A stretch of DNA of 64,000 bases from Klebsormidium nitens (lineage: Eukaryota > Plantae > Klebsormidiophyceae): NCBI GenBank assembly GCA_000708835.1, contig DF236967.1, positions 1-64,000 on the forward strand, written 5' to 3'. The notes below the pieces were generated by a model. It made no database searches. It was given only the letters and a program-made list of their open reading frames with translations, and was not told where the DNA came from. Both the position numbers and the translations under genes were made by a program. How positions within the stretch are numbered: the stretch's first letter is position 1; each line of letters begins with the position of its first letter. Positions 20,453 to 33,341 of the stretch are shown here, one piece after another.

Positions 20453-21169
20453 CTTGGCAGCCTTTGTACTCTCAGGATTCTTAGTGCCTGAGAAGGAAGA
20501 CCATTGATACTTCTCCTTGGCCTTGCCCTACAAGCCGCATTGAATCACTGCAGGCCAATGTCAGCCATCCAGCTGATTGAACCGCTCACTCGTCAGGAAC
20601 CATAGAATGTCCCATTCTGAGCTGACCAAATGATTATGGGGACTTGATAGCTCACTGAAAGGCAACAGCAGCTCAATATGCTTGCAACCAGGTGGTACTA
20701 TTCTGGCAGCAAGCTTCCACAATCTGTCGAACCATTGAAGCTGCAAATTAGGCTACAGCGGCTACAGCGGCTACAGCATGCCTTTAGGATTCATTTCACC
20801 TTGGGCGCATTCGGCATATCTTAATCAAGAAGCAACAAATGAATTCTCACTGCAACAATGCCCACTGCTTGTTGTTTGCAGAGGGATAATGTAGCACTAA
20901 AGGGTGGCGCAATTGCAGCACCCATGGGCCACTCTCATTGTCCTCCAAGCCTTCCTGCTTTCATGGACATTACGTTCATCAGCAAAGCAGCAATCCTCAA
21001 TCCCACTCCTTGGAAATGACTTTGAACACTTTCCCTTGGGCCTTCCCTGTTACAGCTACCGTACTTCACGCTGACTGAGGCTGACTGTGCAGGCTGTGTC
21101 ACTGTAGGTGTACCTATGTACCTACGGTTCACAATCTACCTATGGTATAGCGTCTGCTTATACAAGTTA

Positions 21170-21730
21170 GGGTATCGTCATTTTGTAAGTGGTACCCCCC
21201 CATTCTTAAATCGACCATTTTTTTCGAAGCCACCTTTCTAGGACCCCCCGGTGGCCTCCTTCGGGCGATCAAGCCCCAAGCCACTCCCCCCCCCAGGCTT
21301 GTCAGTCACAGAACTTCTTCGGGCCCCGGAGCCAACATTTTCGCATTTTATTCCGCTTTTTAAGCGGAATTTTTTGAGGATTTGTTTCAAAAGGAGATGC
21401 ATACCGGTACCTAATTGGGCACGCTCATGCACTGTTTTCTGCATCTTCACAAACCAACTGTGCATTCGGTGGAAGACAAGAAAGCCCACTTTCTGGTAGT
21501 ATTGAGCCCATCTCGTCACAGATTTTGAACGTTTATGTGGGTATTTGACCAATCAAGCGCCTGTGCTTGGGCCTTCGGCCCAAGCCTCAAGCCCCCCCCC
21601 CCTCCCCGCTTGAGAGCTCGGACCCACTCCTAGCCACCCCCCCAGGGCGGTTAGAATTTACGAGTCAAGCCTCTAACGGGTACCCCCTATAAAAGAATGG
21701 GGGGGTACCAGCTACAAAATGACGGTACCC
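21170..21730. mobile_element. Tourist-like (PIF/Harbinger) MITE, 561 bp
   Basis: 38-bp terminal inverted repeats (35/38 match; GGGTAYCGTCATTTTGTA...CCCCCCCATTCTT) flanked by TTA on both sides (21167-21169 and 21731-21733). No coding capacity. Confidence 0.9.
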
Positions 21731-22573
21731 TTATAGGTAGGAACGGCCCGATTTCATCCAATTTTGCTCAATCATTGAGGTTGCGAACTCCGAACATCAT
21801 TTCTGTTTTCGATGCAGACACCACATGGAAGCAACATTTCCCGTCGATCATACGGGGAGCGCCACATCGACGGTAAAATTGAAAGCTTCAGATAATATAA
21901 TGTCGTCAGGCAATGTACTTCCTATCATGCCATGATGTAGGTACGTCTGAGTCTGACCAACGGTGCGTTGCCCGCTTATGTCACATATAAGCGCCTAGCT
22001 GACGTGCAATCTGCAAGCGCGAACACAGCAGCCCAAGTCCTTCTCAACTTCAATTCCAGAGACTCCTACAAAGGCCGGAGAACGGAGAGGCTAAAAAGTG
22101 GGAATAGGCAGATAAGGGAAAATATAGAGGCAGACTTAGGAAAAAAGAGAATTTCCTTTAGAGGGGGAAGAAAAAGGCATAGAAAGGAGAGGGGGGATAC
22201 GGAAAGGAGGGGGGATCGCCATGGTTACATGAGGAGTCTGTACTCTTGAACAGATAATGAAAACGCGTCGCGTACTCCCATGAATGCGTACTTTTTGCAG
22301 TCTGAGTCTGCTTATCTTGAAGAGGGAGAAGGGAGAGCCGTGGATGTCCATCGCACGGCTCAAATTCATCGAGTCCCACGCATTCTTTTTTTTAAGATTT
22401 TTTACTCTCTTTCGTGGATGCGTGAAGCTTTTTGCCAAACCGGATAGGGTGCTTGGACTTCAGCGGAACCTTAGCGGAACACCGGAAATCGAAAGGTCCA
22501 CGGTGCGAGCCCGAGCTTGGAAGGGTCATCTTTTCGAAGAAAGTGATGAGTACGGTGCGAGTTGTACGCTTCG

Positions 22574-22589
22574 ACCCTAAAACCCTAAA
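22574..22589 (+). promoter_or_regulatory. Telo-box (ACCCTAA-AACCCTAAA)
   Basis: AAACCCTAA about 360 nt upstream of the ATG at 22946. Telo-boxes are typical of plant translation-related promoters. Confidence 0.5.
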
Positions 22590-22945
22590 TCCCTGTAAAA
22601 CTGGCCCCTGTGACCCTACGACCTGAAGCCTGAGAAGGAGCAAATCACTCTATGCTGTTATCTTTGCCCAGTCTGTAAAAGCGACCAGACTGGTTTCCGC
22701 TCCTCCTAGGGCGTAACGCCAGTCGAGAACCTCCAGTATGTTGTATGTATTTGACAGATAATGTAAGCGTTACCTCCGGGAGGGGGACTTTCCCTCGCTA
22801 TGTATATGTATATCCGAGTAGATTCAGAAGCCTAAGGTTACCTAAACTCGAAAGTGGCGCCCCCGCAATCCACCTTTCTTACCTAGTAACCTACTTAATA
22901 CAGCTTAGACAGCATTGTTGAGACGTGTTCTATTGCATATGCACC

Positions 22946-24243
22946 ATGGCATCAGAGAGGCCGGAGGATGCACCAATGCGGTTGGACGACTTCAGTGAAA
23001 GGGCTTCAGATGCCGAGGTAAAGCTAAATAAAATACAGTCTATTCCTTGATCAGTTTGGCAGGAGAAGAAGATCTTTCCGTCTGGCTGATGTGGACACGC
23101 TCATTGTCTGTCACCTTTCTCATGTAGGCCGGACTATCTTCTTATATGCATATCATGAGGCTTGGCATTACATGTGATTGACTTGCACACGCAGAAGAAG
23201 ATTGGCTTGCTTCCTCTGGGCATCTGTGACAAGGAGCCTGGTCCACACTGTTACAGGCCAAATCAACCCCGCAGATGACGATGAACAATGGACTTCTCTT
23301 TATCTGGCCTTCCATTCATGACAAGGAATGGTGTTTCACCTCGGGTGCTCAACGTGCAGGGCCGCTTGAATGTCCTGGAAGAAGAGCTCCAGCGCCTGAG
23401 TAAGTGTCAGTTCAACGTCTGAATCTTCAATTGGATCTGTCGTGTCTACTTCAGCACCGGTTTGACCTCCTATCCGTTAAAATCGACTGCACAATATTTG
23501 CAGATCAGCAGGGTCTTCTTCACTGCTTTGAACAGATATGGCTGGGCAGGCTTTCTTGCTTTTTCTCCAACTGTCTCACGACGACAACTGACGAAAGCGA
23601 GTTGGGGACTTGAGAAAGTACGGGCAGCCAGGAGAATTCTTGAATTCGAGCACCAAATATGTGCCCTCCTTTCTGTAGGGGAGGGTGCAAGTGGCTCCAC
23701 GGCAGAATACAACGCCGGAGACGGTATACTTGAGGAGCTCCTTGTTCTGCGGAGTCAATTGGAAGCTGCCTTGGTTGAGGAGAAGGAGGTGAGTTAACAA
23801 ACCCGATCTTTGATCGGCAGCGAATCAACGCGCGCCAGACAGTAATATAAGCCCTGCACGAGAGATACACGATTGTTTGTCTTGTCCCCGTCCGTAAACA
23901 TGGCAAAGATGTTGCAACTCGTAGGCTGTATTGAACATGGGCAAGAGATGTACATCGGTGCGGTACAGCTGGCTTGACCTTTCCAGCTGTTGCAGCTTTT
24001 TGGAGGGTTGTTGCAGGTTTTGAGAGAAGCAAACGAACTTTGAATTGGTCCTAGGTCACCCATCTCACGGACCAGCAGATGCTCTTTCAAGGGGCTAGCT
24101 CATGTGCCTTTCATGTCCCTTCTGTGCAGGCAAAACTCTCACATCTGCAATTGAAGTCAGAAAACGACAAGCTCAAATATCGGATCAAACATTTAGTATC
24201 GGCCTTGAGAGAGTCAGATGAAGGTGCAACGAAGACAGTGTGA
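22946..24243 (+). CDS. 111-aa coiled-coil protein, 4 exons (22946-23017, 23360-23399, 23679-23788, 24130-24243)
   Basis: GT-AG introns with consistent phases give MASERPEDAPMRLDDFSERASDAEGRLNVLEEELQRLREGASGSTAEYNAGDGILEELLVLRSQLEAALVEEKEAKLSHLQLKSENDKLKYRIKHLVSALRESDEGATKTV*. Confidence 0.8.
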
Positions 24244-25365
24244 AGGTGAAGATTGACAGGGCCAACGGATCGACCATTTTTTGGGATGCAGCTTTTTGGG
24301 GGTTCCTCATCCGTGATGAGGATGAGTATACAGCCAGAGTTGACGGTCAGATATGCAAGAGCATAAGTAAGTTGCAAGGTGCAGTCAGATCAAAGCTGTT
24401 GATGCCCTCAGCTCCAAGCCGAGTGACGGCGCAAAGGTGATGCAGGTGGCCATGTTCCATGCGTGGCCATACACTGAGCCAGCCCGCAAAACCGTATGCA
24501 ACGTACAGCAGACGCCTCCGTCTAGGGTTGTGGCAGAGCATGACGGTCCCATTCGTTCGTCACTGAAACAACACACCTTTTAAAGATCGGACCGGGCCGC
24601 TCGGCGCGGTGCAACTCGGTAGCATGCAGAGAATGGTACATGCAGATGATGATTTTACTATCATTAGCCAATGCATCATTGGTGTATGCGCATGGTATAT
24701 GATGCGGTCCAAGATGCATAGCGCGATGAAAAGCTGCCTTTAAATATGAATCGAACGACAGCTACAGCCGGCCATACACCATGTGGGCAAGGACAGCATG
24801 AACAATCGACTCGACCTGGCACCATGCTGCCATCAAATATTCAATGCACCCGGCGAGGTCAACGTACCTACATATTGCAATACGATGGCCTGCAACTAAC
24901 GTAGAAACGTACATGGACCTATGTAGAGCTAGCATTCGGTGTTTCAAGCGGTCGGACAATGTGCTGCGGCATGCATTGAGGTTGCGGCGGCGGCGCTGAT
25001 CTTATGCATTCGCATTGCACACGCCAGGATCAGTAGATCCCAGAAGTTAATCGTATTTGTACGTCGAGCTAGCTGTACCAATCACTATGTTTAGGGTCTT
25101 CACATGGCCTTCATCAAGCGGCCAATGTGACGACAGCATCTTCAACTGAGTTGAATCGTGCATAAATTAAGCACATGCAGAACTTCCAGGCTAACAGCCG
25201 ACTGCCGCAGAACAACCACTCAACCTAGCCGAGACTCATCCTCATTTATCCTCGCGTACGGAAGGGGATAAAAACTTGGCACAACAGAGGCCCACGGCCC
25301 GATTGCCACTACAGTGGGCTTTTTGACGCCGGAGTCTTTCGCCTTGACAGAATAAGAAGCCGGTT

Positions 25366-28300
25366 TCATCTTTTGACGAGTATAATCTCTGGGCTTGGCG
25401 TCGGCCTCGCAACGAACCCCCGGATGCTCTGCGAAAAAGGACCCTGGCCGGGCACTAGCTCGACTCTATACCGCTTCAGCAGGGTGGCCAGCATTATCTT
25501 CTGCTCGGTCAACGAGAAGAGGCGGCCCACACACGACCGCGGGCCCCCTCCAAACGTGAAGATGGGCCGTGACTTCTCATCCCCGACTAGTGGCAACGAA
25601 GCCGCGTAAGTCAGGTCGACAAGTTTCCGGCCGGCTTCTTCCCCTTCGTCATGCTCAACCGCACTTTCCGCTTGAGAGCTTTTTGCAAGCTCTGTTTCCA
25701 CGGTTTTGGTTTTCGACACTACACCCGGAAGGCCTGACAGAGACTGGCTGGTCCTTTTCCACCTGTCGGGTCGGAACTCGCGGGCGTCATCGCCCCAAGC
25801 CTCGGTGCTCCGATGAATGGCTTGGATGGGCACGACGATGCTAGCCCCCGCAGGGACCTTGTACCCGCCAACCTGCACAGTTAGAAGATTGAAGAAAATC
25901 AATTCATGTACCAAAGGGTTGCAAACAAGGGTGTTTGCGAGCGAGGAGTGGAAAGCAATCCCAGATGGTAAGGGACTTTTGAAATATCCAAAGACATGCA
26001 AACCCGCAATCGGAGCTGACGTAGCATCCTTCGCGTCCTTAGCAGTACTCTCAAAGTCGATGCTGAGGATCGCTTGCAGTATCTCGGATTTCATCAAGCG
26101 ACAAGCTGTGCCAGGTTGCCAGAGAAAAAGCGCAAAAGCAAGCGAAAAAAGGCCGTCATCGAAACGAAGAGAGGGGACACGTCAGAAAACAACCAATAGA
26201 AGAGTGCGGGTCGTCTGACGTGTCTCAGGTTGAGATTGGCAAAATGTGTTGTCCTGGTCTGACTACGAACACTCTAAGAGCAGCACCGGTAAAACGGGGT
26301 AGAACATAATCAGAAGTGACGCTCACCTTCAGATCCGTGTCAATTGAGCAGCGCAGAAGTGCGGATGCAGCGGGCCACAGCCGGCCAGTCTCCAAAAGGA
26401 CAGCGCCGAGGTAGTCTAGCCGGGGAAGTTCCTCCTGCGGAATAATGAGGTACAGACGTCAGCCTCGCCAGCATCGACAAGAAGAGGGAGACCGTAGGGA
26501 AACCGAACCTGCCCAAATGGACCCCGTGAGTGCTGAAGTTTCGAAACCACCAATCCACAGCCCGTGTGCGCTTTGACTCGATTCCACGTGCGTCCTCGCA
26601 CTTGAAACCATCTCAGTACGTGCAGGGTCTGTATAGTTGGAAAGGAGGATGTCAGAGGTTTTCCGAAAGCCATAAGAACAGGCAGTGTGCACTTCGTACT
26701 TCAAATCTTGACACCGGGCCACCCCCTTTGTGCCCCGCAGTATTGACGACTCAATCTGGTGGACGGGACCAGGGCCGCAAAGGTTCCAGAAAATCGTCTT
26801 CTGAGACCACTCTCGAGCAGTGACAGAAACGAGCAAAGGTAGCTTCAAACGAGACCCCTGTTGCAATGCGGCTGTCAGGCCTTCCATGCTGGGCTGGCAG
26901 TCTGCGCAAGATGCCACGACAGCCCAATGTTGGGGGTACTTTCGACGCCTCACAACAGACGTCAGACCCTCCTTCCCTAGATATTATGGTCCTTGATGAA
27001 TTCACCGACCTTGTCAAAACCTGGAAAAGCAGATGGTTTTTCCCTTGCTGGACCTCCGCCTGTTCCTGGCCCCGCAAGGCGCCAACTTCTTGGTCTTTCA
27101 CACCCGTTGTTTCTGATACATCACGGAATCGAAGCGGGATCATATTCGAGCATAGTGATGCTGTAGCTGTTTCCCTCACTTGCGTCGGCGCCTCCCCCTC
27201 GACCAGCGCGTCCAGCTCCTGTTGCACTTTCGCTTGCACCTCTGGGTGCTCCGCCATCTTCAGAACCGCCCAGCACATGGCCATCGCAGTCGTGTCGTAC
27301 CCCCCAAACGCGGCTCCCACCAGGAACGACGTCCTCTCCTCTGGGGAGCTGACAACTCGCCCCCCGTCGGTGTGGCGGCTGCGAAGGGCGGCCGCAACTA
27401 GGTTGGGCTCGTCCCCGGGGCGGCTGTTCTGGAGCATGCGGCCGGCGATCTGGTGGAGCTTTGCGCCGCTGCGCGGTAGCCTGTGGAGTGAAGAGGGCTT
27501 CTAAGGACACCAGCTTGGAAGAGAAAACTGAGGAGGTCTGGCGATGTCATGGGGTAAACATCTGGAACTCCGACGAATGAATACTTCATATTAGATTCCC
27601 CAGGACAGTGGCCGAGCAGTCATCAAGCCAGCAAAGTGGGGCTGTTCCCAAAGAAATTATCAAGTGCAAAGTGCATCAATATGGGAAGCCGCATGTTTTG
27701 ATAATCCCTCAAACCAGCACCAGCATCAACCAAGTAACTTGCTTTTCAGGCCCTCTTCTGGATGTAGGCTCTGCGCTTTTTTGAAGAAAGTGTTCCCTCT
27801 CACTCACCGCTGTTCCAAAATGGGGTAACCACCTTCGTGCTCCACTTGGTCGCCCCGTCTGCCGCAACTGCCAGGTGCTTCACAAAGCCCTCCTTGTCCT
27901 CGGCGCTCAAGCGCTCAAACGGCTCTCCGAACAGCCCCTGAGTCATGACTTCAGCAGCGGCTGCCGTAAGCTCAGCGCTGAGGTCCACTTTCAGGCCCTG
28001 TTCTGCATACACCGACCAGGCGGCCGCAGTCTTCTCTGCAACTGAGCGGGCGACTGCCCCCAAGCGCAGCAGGGCCTTTGGACTAGCCAGATGCTGAAGG
28101 AGGACTGTGCGATGTGGCCTGCAGTGCCAACGAGAAGATCGAGGGTGTTAGATTGTGAGTTGTGATGAGTAAAGACCGGGATGCCAGCTGGAATCATGGT
28201 GGCATTTTGGGCAGACACACAACGAAATCAGAAAAGCCATCACTTATCTTGTGTGTCTTGAGCGGAAAAGTTTCTGACACCTTCTAACAAATTGCTCACA

Positions 28301-28910
28301 ATGATGTCATGACCCAAATTCAAGATCTAGAGTCCCTGCAATGTGAAAGAGATCCACAGGACTCCCTGGTTTTAGACGCTCCCGTCATACTGGCTCTCCA
28401 AGCCAAAGCTCCAGGCTGCTTCAGCGGCTCTGCACCACTAATTACCACTTGGAACCACTCGATCAAGACGCACCTCGCAAACTCCTGCTTCTTGAACGTC
28501 TGGTTGTCCTCCCCCAGGAACTGCAGCAGCTGTTTCATCATGGGCGGCCGCTCCGCCGCATTCTGCAGCACGTCCTTCACCGCGGCCGGGTCGCTAAATG
28601 AGATCCAGAGGCTGGACGGGCCCAGCCAGTAGCGCGCCACAGGCCCATACTTCTCATGGAGCCACTCGTAGAATGCAGACACGTTCCTGTTGGCCCCCGC
28701 CTTGCGCCGGTACTCTGGGTAGTTGCCGCTCAGGAGGCTGTCGGAGGGGGGCCCGGGGATCCTGTTCCCAATGTGAAGCGACCTGAGGTAGATTCCAAGT
28801 AAGGCTGCGAGCGACACCAGCGGGATGGAGAAGCAGGACCATGTGGCGACGCTCCACTCGCTGGGAGGGTCGTTCAGGAGCGAGAGCACGATCTGCTGCG
28901 CCGTGCTCAT
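25366..28910 (-). CDS. Cytochrome P450, 5 exons (about 28910-28476, 28121-27806, 2753x-27179, 26438-26328, 25872-25366)
   Basis: N-terminal anchor plus IPGPP; I-helix AAFGGYDTT; K-helix ETGR; FRPDRW; heme motif FGGGPRSCVG. Confidence 0.93.
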
Positions 28911-29702
28911 TGTGTCTCAATTTATGTTTCAAAATTGATGACAAGGTGGAGGAGCTTGGAAGCACAGAGTTGCTCCTGCCCACTCTACCCCTCAACAAAC
29001 TCGGATGGTGAAAGCCTGCAAAGGCAGCAGGAAACCCTCAAAAAGGCCCTTGCTCACGCAACCTGTTGACCACCACAGCCATCGTGCGCACTAGCTGCAG
29101 ACCCTAGCTGTAAACCCTGCTGCAGTGCAACTTCTGCTGCATTGCAGATAGAAGAAACCACCTGCTGTTCCATTCACTTGTCCGAGTCGCCACATCTAAT
29201 TTCTAGCTGCATTTTCCTCTATCCTAGGCCACGTGACCTGACACCTGCAAACGTACGAAAATTCGCCCGAGCCCAGAAGCGAAGGTGTTGGAAAAGGGGA
29301 TGTCGTATGAGCAGAGGGCTTATAGAAAGTGCGCACAAATATTGGCTATTCGCAAAATCAACCAACGCTAACAAATTAGAACAATCCTGAATTTGTAGTC
29401 TGAGGCCCGCTGCCAACGTGCTGTGCAAATATTGAATCCATTTCGGCAGTAATATACGTACGAGTGTTGCGTATTAAAATTCGAAGGAAGCCTGGCTCAG
29501 TCCTTCAGCGGCGTTCACTGTTCAGCCTTTGATCGATCAAGAACTTGAAGAAGTCTGGACAATCTCTCCTTGCAAATCTGTGCTGAGCGCAGACAGGCGC
29601 CCTTGATTTTCTGCCACCTCTTCTTCATACTTAGATAGGACTAGGCTAAAGTACGAGCTCTACAGACAGGTGAAGCTTTGAAAGTGGTTGAGTTTTTGAA
29701 AG

Positions 29703-32595
29703 ATGGCTTCGATGGTGGGTGGTTGCCTGCTCCTGGTCGCCCTTCTCACAGTGGTCAGCCCATCACTCGCACACGTAACTTGGGAGTCATGTGGTGAGCC
29801 AACTCAACTTTGAAAGCGAAGTTCAAGAGATGGCTAGACTCTTTATGCATGCAACCCAACAGCTGGTGGTGAGACAGTAATCGCTTTGATTGCTGTGCTT
29901 TTCTTAGCATTGATCGCGCACCCAAGCAATTGATCTCTCCTTTTGTCCGCCTGTTGTACTGCCCGTTTGTTAGTATATATACATTGAGCAATTGAGCGCG
30001 TGGTTTCTGCTTGACTTGATACTATGTTTTTAAATGTTTTCTGTTGGTTTTGGCCAGTTTCTGAAGTCCCCTAAGCTGTTTGAAGCGGTCCTCTGATGCC
30101 CCAAGTTTAAATTGACACTTTCTCAATGGAAAGATCGTATCATAGTAGGAAAAGCGGGCACAGTACTAAATTATTCATCTGCTTAGGCACTTGAGCGAGA
30201 GACACATCTCCGGAACGGGTTTCCTCCAAGGTGCACCTGCCTTTTATAAGAAAAGTTTAATCCAAGGCATCCCCTGAACTTGTTGTTTACGCAATTGCGC
30301 TATGGATTTGACAACCTCAACGGGTATTTTGATCTTGACTTCAAGAAAAGACTAGGTTTTGTGATCTTCCCCAACGGTATATGCACAATTTTGAGACCAA
30401 GTCATAGGTAGACCACACTAATCTTTTCAATCGAGTTGAGTTATCTGGAGACTCGCAAAGGTCATTCCTGTTTTTGAAGGAATTCACAAAGCTCCGCAGC
30501 ATCGGGGTTCAACTCGCAGGTATGTCTTTGATCAAGGGAGAATCGAACCTGGGTGTTTGGGTGCTTGTAACACAGATAAACCCAAGCTTTTGGGCCAGTT
30601 CACTTTTCTGGATCGAGTTTGAACCCCTTGATCGGCCTGGCAGGGTTGTTGTTTTGACGGAAGGGCTACGCGTTGAGACTAAGTTTTGTGATCTTCCCCA
30701 GCAGTATATGCAATTTTTTGAGCCCAAGTCATAGGTAGACCACACTAATCTTCAATCGAGTCGAGTTATCTGGAGACTTGCAAAGGTCATTCCTGTTTTT
30801 GAAGGAATTCACAAAGCTCCGCAGCATCGGGGTTCAACTCGCAGGTATGTCTTTGATCAAGGGAGAATCGAACCTGGGTGTTTGGGTGCTTGTAACACAG
30901 ATAAACCCACCCAAGCTTTCGGGCCAGTTCACTTTTCTGGGTCGAGTTTGAACCCCTTGATCAGCCTGGCAGGGTTCTTGTTTTGACGGAAGGGCGGCTA
31001 CGCGCTGAGAAAATACTGGACCGTTTTTGGCGCTGAATTCCATGGGGTCGTCGGATGTTGGTTCACCGGAGTTGAGCCAGCAGCTTGGTATCCAACAAAC
31101 TACTGTCTGGATCATATCATGGTCCTTGGCAAGAGGTTGCTCCACCAGTAGTCTTAGTCGGATGACTCCGGTTTTGTTCCCCATTCCTTTCCGGTTGGTG
31201 CCCAGTTGGTGCTCTGAGCGGTCCTCTCTCTCTTTCTTTATCCAGGAGAGGGAGATGTGGAGGTCTTGAACGTGACCATGACGCCTGATCCGGCCGTGAG
31301 GGGTGGAGTATTTACGTTCAACTTGCCAGCTAAAACACGTGAGGTTTCCTGCTGCCCCTTACTCTTGCATCAGATGCGGACGGAGTTGCTCTTTGTCTGC
31401 ATTGCGACTTGGCCCTTCTTCTTGCATTAAACGCCAACGAGGCCGCTCATTGCAGCGCAGGGCTAATCCACACTTGCTGTTTGTTGATATCTGAAGGGGA
31501 TGAAATCCGCAAAAGATGAGCGCATGTGAACTTTAGAAGAGTTCTCGTGTGGGCTCCCCATTTCTAGCCGAACGTGTGGTCCTGAGAAAACAGACTTCTG
31601 AGAATTTTTCTTCGTTGGAAGTGAGGAACCTTTCGTGTTGTGGATCTGCTTGCTGATGCTGTGAGCTGAACTAAAACGACGCACGGGAAACACCTATTTG
31701 TGTTTGGTGGACTCGAATAACATGACAGTAGCTTCTGTCATTAATCTCGGGCTTAGGTGATGTGTTTTGGACTTAAGGCAGGGTTTCGTAAGTTCGTGTG
31801 ACAAGTCTCCTGAACAAGACCGTACTAGTTGGCGGCTCTTCTTGGACGTTTGTGCAATCTCGTTATCCAATAAGATGTTTTCGGGCTTTTCGTGAGCTCG
31901 TGTTGTTCGTGCATACATCCTGATCTGAACCCGAAAGAAGCTACTTTTGTACCCAAGAATAGTCTTTGTTGTTCCTGACGGGAGTCAGCAGGTAAAGTTC
32001 GACACGTTACAAAAAAGACGTATGCGTGCGCACTACTAGTAGCTTCGGCAAGACGCTGTCGCCGAATGTTCGTAGATTCAAAGGTTTATTGTCTCTTTGC
32101 GCAGCGCGTGTCATCGAGGGGGGCCACGTTTCGGTCTTTGTTTTTTACAAAGGAATACCGGTCTACTTCGAGAACGACGACCTGTGCGTCAAAACGAAGT
32201 GCCCTATCACCAGCGACGTATTCACCTTCACCAACACGCAGCAGCTGCCATCCATAACGCCCCCCGTGAGTGCTCCAAATGCTTGTGTAGCTAGCTTCAC
32301 TTCTCTGTGTCGCTTGCTGCCTTCCTTGGCCGCACGTTGCTGAGTATCTCGACCTCGAATGCGGGTTCCTTCTTGCATTTCTCTTGCACATATGGAACTC
32401 GAGGAGTCGCTTGCAAAAGACGGCCAACGGGGATTCTTTTCGAGAGAAATGTTTTTCTGTTTGCAGGGGCCGTATCAATTGCGAATCAAGGCTAGTGACC
32501 TCGACGGCAAGCCGCTCTTTTGTGCAAAGATGAAGTTCCAGATCGTGTCAGGGGCAGAGTCCAAAAGTGCTCCTCTCCTTGTGGCCTCAAGATAG
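29703..32595 (+). CDS. ML (MD-2-related lipid recognition, NPC2-like) secreted protein, 4 exons (29703-29793, 31246-31338, 32105-32265, 32467-32595)
   Basis: Signal peptide MASMVGGCLLLVALLTVVSPSLA, then VTWESC, VTMTPDPAVRG, DLCVKTKCP, LPSITPPGPYQLR and LFCAKMKF. Splice phases are consistent. Confidence 0.88.
30349..31010 (+). repeat. Tandem duplication, 2 x about 327 bp, in intron 1 of the ML gene
   Basis: Copies start at 30349 (AGACTAGGTTTT) and 30676 (AGACTAAGTTTT) and are nearly identical, with small indels. Confidence 0.93.
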
Positions 32596-33341
32596 TGTTG
32601 CCCGACTTTAAACGGTCGAGACTCTCTTTTGGAGCTTTCGCTACTTGTATTTAGTTTAGAGGGGAGACATTCTTTATGTAGATATGGGTCTCGCTCACTG
32701 AGATGTGCGATTTAGTCGTACACCCGTGGAGTGTGTTGCATTCATGTGCTACTCGACTGATGCCGATATACCTATGCGACTTCCTGTGTACATTCTTTTA
32801 AGGGCTTCATAAGGTTTAAGGTTTTGACCTTCTCGAGATTGAAAGCCTATCTTGTATGCACCATCATGATATATGGACGTCCGATCATCATTCTAAAGAT
32901 GCATCGGGGCCGGGCCCAACATGGGCAGGCCCCATCCCCTGCCGGCTGACAACTTACAAGGCAAGACGGAATGAGCGAGGAAATAAGGGGTACGTGGTAC
33001 GTCTGGATGCCAGGACAGACCGTCGGTGTCCGACGGAGACCGGATGCTGTGATGCTCATTGTTAGCAGACCAGCGTCGGCGTACGAATCGGACAGCCGCC
33101 TGCCCACTGCTGCTGCTTATACCGTATATCATCCTCACCGTTGTTCCAGAATGGAGAAGATCAATGGCTACAATCTCATCTCATCTCCTTGCCACGCGCA
33201 TGGACTCATGTCGATCGGACGGCATACATAAGAAGGCGATGTGGAGCAACTAGAAAGACGGAAGTATTGGTCTTGTGATGGCGCATCACTGATCACTCAC
33301 GCGCACTACGTGCAAGGGAAGAAGAAAGCTAGGAAGAAGAA

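Noticed and set aside
29500-29700. Apparent decayed minus-strand coding fragment
   Set aside because: It contains stops and overlaps the upstream region and first exon of the plus-strand ML gene; no motif.
30349-31010. CRISPR array or LTR pair
   Set aside because: Only two adjacent long copies with no spacers, in eukaryotic intronic context, with no TG..CA ends, PBS or internal region.
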